Below, piece after piece: positions 55,449 to 64,000 of a stretch of 64,000 nucleotides of DNA; within the stretch, counting starts at the first letter, position 1; every line of letters starts with the position of its first letter. The translations under genes were made by a program, and so were the position numbers. The stretch covers positions 76,632,001 through 76,696,000 of the forward strand of contig NC_042999.1 of NCBI RefSeq assembly GCF_006345805.1. The letters are read 5' to 3'. Below the pieces are notes generated by a model. That model did no database searches. It was not told the DNA's origin and worked only from the letters and a program-made list of their open reading frames with translations. This stretch comes from Octopus sinensis (Eukaryota).

Positions 55449-56120
55449 ATATTGTTGCTGTTCAGAAAGAAGTGATAGCTCCAAATGCCTGATCAATGAG
55501 AGAGATAAGATTGCCTCCAAACATTCACATTGTGATAAAAAAGAATGTTGATCGCACCATACCAACGTGGAAGATACCACCCATATCACCAACAGCTGTC
55601 CTAAAATGTCTTTAAGTTACGACTAACCTATATTACGCTGTACGATATTACGCTGTGGCAAAAACTATCTACAATGCTTTCCGCAGGAAGGATTTTTCGG
55701 AAAGCAATACCTTAAAGCATAACAGAACGTATGCATCTGTTGCTTTAAAACTAAGAAATACTGATGGAATATTATAATAAAATCAGCAGTCTGGTGTTAA
55801 TACAGTGTATTTGATATTCTTCTATAGGACAATGAGCAAAAACCATGCATTTCTGTAAATACTAACTGCTCAGGCATTATGAAATTATTGAATAAATTCG
55901 TAAAAGGACAACTATAATATTCTAATGCAGAAATTACTGCTCTATTGTCCAGACTATATATTTTTAGTTGTGCTATATAGTGTAAGTGCATTTGATGAAA
56001 CGACAATGGATTTATATAAAACCCTAGAAATAATGGGAAATTGTTAGGAAGTATAAAGTAGACTCACACTTTCAAGCTCTTTGAATATAAAGAGAATTTT
56101 CCTAAAATATTTTTGGAATA
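55449..56120 (+). mobile_element. Decayed RLE-type LINE 3' portion (CCHC knuckle plus PD-(D/E)xK endonuclease)
   Basis: FAVQKEV, NVEDTTHITNSCPKMS, AVAKTIYNAFRRKD, KY*WN, FDILL*DNEQKPC, KDNYNILMQKL..CPDY, in the expected order. Confidence 0.7.
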
Positions 56121-56689
56121 AATATACACACTCGCTTGTTTACACGTATGTAAAGAGTCGCCAGACATTTGTGTTCTAGAGAATTATATACACCCATTAC
56201 ACGAGTGCAAATAAACCTTTGTATATGCACCAATTAATTTACCTACATATTCACAAATTCCTACTATTCTCTTCATTCAAATAAAAAAAATGCCTTCGAG
56301 CTGGTCACTAGCAAAGTAATCAGCTTGAATTCCACAAGGAACGTAAACAGGTCTCAAAGAAAAACATATATACATAAGCGAACATATATACATGCATCCA
56401 CATATACAAAAGTGAAAAATACATAAACACAAGTACTTACATTCAAACGAGCATAAATATTGGCGCAAATACAAATACGGAAACATTTATTAATGCAAAC
56501 ACATATATAACACACACATACACACACATACATACACACATACATACACACATACATACACACATACATAACACACACACATACATAACACACACACCTA
56601 CACACACATACACACATACATACACACATACACATACATACACACATACATACACACACATACATACAACTGTTACCTCACAACACAAC

Positions 56690-57332
56690 TCCAAGGAGAA
56701 TATTTTTCAATCCAAAAGCTAGGTGAAGCCACCTCACTTGTCGATTGAAAAAATACCTAACGAAGTATAAAAAAAAATAGTGAAGCATCTAAACCCCACA
56801 AATGCAACTGAAAATGCATATTGTGTTACATTTCTGTGATACATATAACAAATGTGATAAGCAGATGCCTAGAAATTGTCATCAATTTTTCACTGACATG
56901 ATGTTGTTACTAAAGCTATATACAATATCAACGCTAACAAGAGAAATATTGTAGAAACATCTCCATCAAAACTTTCTCCAAATACAAACATGACAGGCCC
57001 GAACTTGTTGTTTTGCACAGAAAAGAAAAACCATGTACTGTCATAAATGTTAACTGCTCTACAGATGTGAACATGTCTTCTACAATCGCACAGAAGTAGA
57101 ATGCTTTTGAACAATTTCCTTGAAATTAATTACTTCCCTATCTCGATATTACACTCACATTTATACAGATAATTATTTGCCCACTTGAATATGTGATTAA
57201 ATATTTTAAGAGATAATGTCGAAAAACCAGATTTCTTTTTTGCAAAGAAGTGACCAGCAAAGACACTTTACAAATCAAAATGTAAGTGGAACCGTAAAAA
57301 TATTAAAGTTTTTTCGAAAGTTCAACATGTAG
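56690..57332 (+). mobile_element. Second decayed copy of the same RLE-LINE region
   Basis: KCILCYIS..HITNVISRC, HDVVTKAIYN, DNYLP and C-terminal NVSGTVKILKFFRKFNM*. Confidence 0.65.
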
Positions 57333-57670
57333 CAACATTTATATTTCAGAAACTCCTATGAAGCAGCTTTGTTCCTTTTGTTACAAGAACAGCACTTTCC
57401 TTTTAGGAAAAATTCAATTAATTAAAAAAGAAAACACGTACATACATAAAATTATTCAGTCTCCCCCATGTCTCTATAATAATCTTAGTTCTCTCTATTC
57501 TTTTTAACCTAATGATATTTTCTTTTTCTTTTCAAATGCTGTCTTTTTATGGATTTTATGTATTTTGTTCACGCATTTCCTTTATTGTATTTCATTCTTC
57601 TGTATCTCTCCCTCCCTACATTTCTCTCTCTCTCTCTTTTATTATAAACATAGTACACGCACCACCACCC

Positions 57671-57714
<44 letters not shown>

Positions 57715-58619
57715 GGTGTGTGTGTGTGTGTGTGTGTGTAATGCCATCACTATTTTTCTTACTTTTGTTCTTTGTCATCTCTCTTTTCCACTGGCTGGCG
57801 TCTCTCTATTTCTTGCTGCTGCATTGTATAAATGTTTTGTGTTTCATTAGTATTCTATGTTCTTTTCTCATTCTTACTGAATACCTCTCACTCCTGTACC
57901 TCTCCTTTCTCTTTCCTTCTATTTCTTGTTCTTTGTATATCTCTCCCTCTCTGTGTATACGAGTACCGTCTCCTTCTGCTTCCTCTCTTTTTCTCCCTTT
58001 CACTCTCTCATTCTTCCTCTCCCCAACTCTATCAATTTTGAAAAGTTAATTGACGTTCTATGAAAATTTACCCTCATCTTTATCTTTATTGCTTTAGAGT
58101 TTTCTCTCTTCCTTACATTTGTCTTTCATTATACACTGTCTCTGTCTCTTTCCCTTATCATCCCTCCCTGCACGTTTATGCCTTGTTTCTCTTATATTTT
58201 TCTTCTTCCCTCATATCTTTTGACTTCATTTTTTGCAGGTTCTTTAATTCAAATGTCTTTTTTTTTTTTTAATCTCTTGTAATTTTAAACAGTTTCCTGA
58301 TTTGTCTCATTGAAATTCTTAACCGAATAAATAAATAGAAAAACGATAAATTAAAATGCCAACTCTTTCTACAGGATCTGTCAATACACTGATAGAGGAA
58401 CAAATGAACAAATTTGTTGCTGTAGGAGGAAAAGAAAAAGAATGAACAGCCAATCAGCTAATAAGGGTAACCTTGTATCTTTGATCTAACGTTTTCGTAC
58501 ACTTTATAACTACTGCCAGTCTTGAGAAGTCAAAATGAGGGGTTATAAAGTGTAGTTCCATGACACTTCATATCTCCTTCAATAGCTGATAACAGTCTGG
58601 CAGAAAACACTGACAAGCG

Positions 58620-60100
58620 AGAAGCTTCCGGTTAATAATAACCCTGGAAAGGGCATCAATGCTACAAATTACTAAGGACGCCTTTTTTGATAATATAAGG
58701 CTTTTTGTACTTAATCGGAGTAAAATTTCTACTAGTTACTGAAAGAACTACATGCACAGTAGTGTAAAAAAAATTAAGACACCTGTAAAATAGAGAAACC
58801 TACTGAATAGATTCACAGAGTTGGTCTTCATTCCTAACTGGAAGAATTTCGTGATATTTACGCAGAGAATGATTTTCATAAAATGACATGAGCATCAATA
58901 CTTCACATAACTTCATTGAAGATATAGGGTATTATTACTTCGATTCGATACTATTCAGACAGCTCCAACTTAACTAATGTCAAACGTCCTTTTCTTAACT
59001 CCTGTGGACAACCCTAGCGATGTGCAGAGGGGATTTTGCCATCTGGCCAACCCAAAACATCCATAGATCCAGCCAAGCCTTCTGTTATGAATAGGTCGCT
59101 AGATTGAATAGTGGTGGAAAGAGATGGATATAAAGTTTAAGGGAAAGATGAAAAGAAAGGCAAGTGCCATGTAAGCCGAAAATGTGGCCATATATACCAT
59201 CCCCACAACTGCCGCCTCTTCGTGCCAACAACGGCCGATACTCGGCTGTCAAATATATTTATTTTCTGAATGACGGAAAACCCTACAAAGATGGAAAAAG
59301 GGAAAAGAGGACACGCACACACTGCAGACCAATGAGCAATCAATAATGATGTCTCTGCCGGTCAAGCTTCAGAAATATTTCTACGATCCTTACTTCTTGT
59401 AAGCGATCGAAATCGGTCGTCTTTTCTAAGTCATGGAAATTTCGCCGGTGACGGAATTCAGCCAGTCGACTGGGAAACTGACTGGCAGATCACGAGACCT
59501 CACTGGGCCATTCGGTCTTAGTAGTAATTGGTGGTATGTACAAAGTGCAGAAGAGTGATCGACACAAGCTAATGACCCTCGCATACCGGGAACTCCACGT
59601 TCTAAACGCAGATCGCTATCAGGGGAGGTGGTTGAAATGTTCCCTGCCCTTCTCGGACCAGAAAAAAAAACTCTTGCTGATACTTCTTCACATCTAATTG
59701 CATCACAGACTTTTATCTCTCCGCCTCGTACGGCTTTCTGCTATTGATTCCTCAAAGAAACATTGCATTCACCAGCCAACCGGTCCAGACACAACGCCAC
59801 GAGCCGAGCCAACAGATCACCCTTCCAAGTGACATCACCACTGCGCTGGTGACGGGCGCCGCTGAAAGGCTATGACGACAGAAGCAAAATCGACCGTAGC
59901 ACCAGCAGCGAAAAGAACGGTGGCAGAAACAGTAAGCTAACAATACGTTGAAAGTTACCGACAACGGTTTTGGCGTCACTATATTGCCAAAACAACACTG
60001 AGCGACGCACTACTGAGGAGACCTGAATTTCGTTTCTTATTGGAATAGACCGTTCGAATCGCCTTGCCAGCTCAACGACTTTGCTCCATCACACACCACA
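58620..60100 (+). mobile_element. Probable decayed non-LTR retrotransposon ORF1 region with a gag-like zinc knuckle
   Basis: GC-rich relative to its flanks, broken frames, KCHVSRKCGHIYHPHNC at about 59160-59215, followed by low-complexity S/T/P/A-rich sequence. Confidence 0.4.
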
Positions 60101-60520
60101 ATTAGGAACACCTCGATTGACTTACGTGTCTAAAATATCTAATTAACAATGAACAAAAATCAAAGACAGATTCCACAAATTTTCTTTTATTCACCCTCTC
60201 CAACAAGCGAGTATTTGTATACATTCTAAAAGAAGCCAATAATTGATAAGGAGCATGTCATGTTGGTCCTTAACGGTTGTAATTGCATCAGTTCGATCCC
60301 AATTAGTTGCTGAACAGAAATTTATGAGGACGTATTCACTAGTGCACATCTTGCTTGAAATCTGTAATGGTTTACGTTGGTAGAAACAGAGGTAAAGTTG
60401 ATTAAATCGACTCAGTATATAACTGGAAATAATTTATATCATCGTCGTCAGAGAAAAGAACATTAAACCAACACTATTGATGTTTAACACAGAACAAAGC
60501 AAATCTAAACTAAATATTAT

Positions 60521-60730
60521 TTTCTACTCTAGGCACAAGGCCTGAAATTTTGGGGGAGGGGCCAGTCGATTAGATCGACCCCAGTACGCAACTGTTACTT
60601 AATTTAGCGATCCCGAAAGGATGAAAAGCAAAGTCGACCTCGGCGAAATTTGAACTCAGAACGTAAACACAGACGAAATACCGCTAAGCATTTCGCCCGG
60701 CGTGCTTACGCTTCTGCCAGCTCACCACCC
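60521..60730 (-). mobile_element. SINE family N, full length, tail type 2
   Basis: Complete homology to the family. Confidence 0.9.
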
Positions 60731-61930
60731 TACATCTACACTAAATATTGTAAGACACTTTACGGGGGAGGCTTACTTTTTCCGCCATTTTAGCTATTTC
60801 CAGAAATCTGAAATTTCACAAAAGATTTATTGTTCAGGGATTTGTTTCCGTTCTTTCGCAACTGTAAGTTAGTCGAGCTAGAAATACAATTTTGATTCGA
60901 TGACTGCCCCCATTGTGCTCCTCCCATTAGGAATGGTGAGGTAAGATAATTGTACAAGATAAGTACGGTTACAGTTCAATTTGAATTGTTTGTAGTTTCA
61001 ATGCTAAGTGAAAAGATTGGGCGTGGAAAAAGTTCCACAGAAATGTAATCCCGAGAGGATGGACTTGGCAAAATGATATTAGAATGGGTCGAGATTCAAT
61101 ATGGGTGATTGAAGAAATCTAAAATCTACATCAATGTTTACTTGTTTGCTTGTTTTATTTTATTTAAAATCTCCTGGCGATGAATCAGAAATGATGTAAA
61201 CATAAAACACAGACAGCATTTTATAAATAGCAAGCAAATTTACCAAATGACCAATATCTAAGTTTAGTAGCAGCTTAGTTTAATTATTTAGACTGTTGAA
61301 ATTTGTCTATAAGTTAATCACATTAGATAATAGATCAATTATATATCGATTGTGTATCAGTTATTTATAGTAAATATCTGACTACACATTTTATTTAAAC
61401 AAACAAAAACACATTGTAAACTTTGTTTTCTTTTTCAGACTAAAATCACACCCGCGGGATATAAATTGCTTCCTAATATAGATAGGATATGATCACCAAC
61501 TGGTGGTATTCTATGCGTGGGATCGAAGAGCACAGCTACTTGAATGATTGCTTAACAAGGAACAAATGTTTCTTGATCACTAACAAACTTTGAATCTGGG
61601 TACTGAGCATGATGACAGCTAAGTGTGTAGGTCATGGAAATATTGCACACCCATAACAGCATACTAATCACCAACACTTCGACTGCACGACCGGCACCCT
61701 GTCGATTCAGCCTTCTGTTATTCTGTTCCCTTCAATATTCTAAAATTTAGTCCAGATTGCTGAAGCAATAGCGCGCTGAACTAAACGTGTTGGACTACTT
61801 AGTTTTGGTCTGTGAGTTCTAAGTTCAAATCTTGCTTTACATATCTGGGATAGATTTGTACACCTATATTTCTTCAAAATCCTAATATGGTGCCTGTATA
61901 ATAAAATAAAATCAGTACTGAAATGTTTAC

Positions 61931-62065
61931 GTTGTGAATGGTAGCTAGTTGAGTTCATACAGTGCTGGAATACCGACTGTGGAATTACCACTTTGCGTCC
62001 CACCGCGGACGGTGCGTTGCTCTCATGGACATCACATTTAACAATCACTGGTTTAGTACTCTTAG
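61931..62065 (-). CDS. Candidate coding exon, 135 nt (or 105 nt with the donor at 61960), phase 1-1 (AKSTKPVIVKCDVHESNAPSAVGRKVVIPQSVFQH...)
   Basis: Strong acceptor ttcttatgttttacag, GC-rich open segment. The opposite strand is also open, so the strand is uncertain. Confidence 0.35.
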
Positions 62066-62589
62066 CTGTAAAACATAAGAACTCTTGATTGTTCGGCACG
62101 TGTCAGTAAATTATGAAACTAGAACTACAAGCTACACATTTTCTCTTGATAAATACATTTTATCTACCTTGTATTTGTCTTGATCGATATATTATTTAGC
62201 ACCGTCATAACTTGAGATTCATCAACACTTCATACCTAACAAATAAACTGCTCATTCCCCTTGAAGCTTCCCTGATTGCAATTGGCACTTCTACATTAAA
62301 AAGAAAAAAATTCCTGTTCTAACAGAATATATAATCAACATTGCAGCATCAATAAAATTTCAACCTTGCAACAATTAAATCCCTATACAAATTGGATTTC
62401 AAACTCTTCGAATCATTAAGTAACAGTATTGGGATCTAACATACTATTATTTACCCTAATTTACAATCATTTAAACCTGTAACCATGTTCAAAGCATTAA
62501 AAGTTATGGTTTTTATGATATAAAATGGAATTCTCTATTTCAACGTTCTTCGTTCAGATTACAGTAGTCAAATCTCTCTACCCCCAACC

Positions 62590-62632
<43 letters not shown>

Positions 62633-64000
62633 CTTCCTATAAAATAAGTGCCAGTCAGGCACAGGAGTTAATTAAAACATTTGTATTACTTTTCAGCAGA
62701 ACTCATATCTAACACGAATGTGAGAACATGATTATAGGTCAGAATCATTTTCAGACACAGTGATTTAGGTGGAGGGGGAAACCCAGCTTATAAGCGTAAG
62801 ATAAAGTTGTGCAAGAGAGATCAAATGTAATAAATAGTATTACTTAACCTCTAGTTTGAAATTAATTGATGTTGGAGTCTAGCTATGAAACTACCCTTCT
62901 TAGACATTCAATATAAATGCCCCATGTAGTTCAAGGACAATCAGGGCAATTTGATTATTTGCGTGTTTTATGTTCATATGTCTGAATTTCTTTCACTTCG
63001 ATAAAATAGACACGAAGAGTTCAACCATCCACTCCAAAATAAATATAACTATACGCTAGTTCTAATTAGAATCCGCTTCGGTTTGGGGCTTCTTAGTTGT
63101 TTTGATATTTGTGTTAATATTTATTTGGACGAGACACAGAATTAGTTTATGTAGAAAATGTGGGTGCATTGCTACGGTAATTTGTTTTATTTGAGTTAAC
63201 TATCGATTACTCAGAAAGATATTATAGAAGCTAGTGTAGTTCTTTGAAACGATGTCAGCATACTAGTAGTATATCTTATATAGATCACCAGATAGATTTC
63301 GAACAGAATCGGATATAAGATTTGAATGTATAAGTCAAGGGTCGTAGCTAAACACTAATGCATTTAATCCGGAATCCTTTCGGTTCTGCCAATCTATCAG
63401 CTATAGTTGAGATAATAATGACTTTTATAGGGAAGGCACCAAGGCTAGGGTTTATAATAGACAGAATAGATTTCAATGTATTACTTTTGTTACTTGTTAT
63501 TGTTGTTTGGCGCCACGATCTGTTCCAGTAAACCTATGAATAAATGCATTCTTGAGAGTTAGGTATATATGGGACAACATTATTTAATGTATCCTTGTCT
63601 TTTGAAGAAACTATTGTGCTTTGATGAAGATTTAGCTGCTATTTTACTTTTCGGGTTACCATATACAGCCTCAGTCACTATCTTGACTATTAGTTTATCC
63701 CAGTAGTATAATAGCTAAATTATAGTTACCATGAGAAAAGAAAACAATCCTGACGTTTCTGTGCCAACTTATTTTATCAAAGGAGAGAAATGTGAATTCA
63801 TGGTGCTGTGATCGAAACGTATTTTATCGGAATGTAAAAGAACAAACCTAAACAATAAGGCGTTAAGTATAAATTGTTATCTCACAACTCATCGCTTTTC
63901 AAACCAACAAGAGAGCTTTTACATGCATAAAACTAAAAAGACGGGATAGTCACTAATGAAATGTTTTTCAGTATAAGTCTGTTCAGTGAAGACTGTCCTG

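Noticed and set aside
56890-57114. Minus-strand ORF with a hydrophobic, TM-like end
   Set aside because: It is the antisense of the RLE-LINE remnant on the plus strand.
61961-62070. Plus-strand peptide LWNYHFASHRGRCVALMDITFNNHWFSTLSC resembling a C-type lectin end
   Set aside because: Weak acceptor, a stop before the expected final cysteine, and it overlaps a better-signalled minus-strand candidate. Not fully excluded.

Overview
AT-rich eukaryotic genomic DNA, almost all non-coding, with extreme microsatellite density and many tRNA-derived SINEs. The repeat families look like those of octopus or another coleoid cephalopod (recognised from memory, not database-verified). Nearly all listed ORFs are microsatellite artefacts. 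Recognisable protein remnants are all from transposable elements: an internally deleted mellifera-type mariner (33.9-34.8 kb), a decayed DD41D (rosa/Visitor) Tc1/mariner transposase (45.6-46.6 kb), restriction-like-endonuclease (R4/Dong-type) LINE pieces (38.4 kb, 55.5-57.3 kb), a probable LINE ORF1 remnant (58.6-60.1 kb) and a mariner-type MITE family. Several short open segments with good splice sites, mostly on the minus strand, suggest the window may lie inside a long multi-exon gene that I cannot identify. The most unusual structures are: (1) a 530-bp Penelope-like foldback whose two arms each carry a decayed minimal hammerhead ribozyme; (2) a near-perfect 171/181-bp inverted repeat plus direct repeat that encloses the best candidate exon; (3) a consensus recursive-splice-like site; (4) a perfect RFX X-box palindrome. 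I found no rRNA, true tRNA gene, CRISPR array or intact long CDS.
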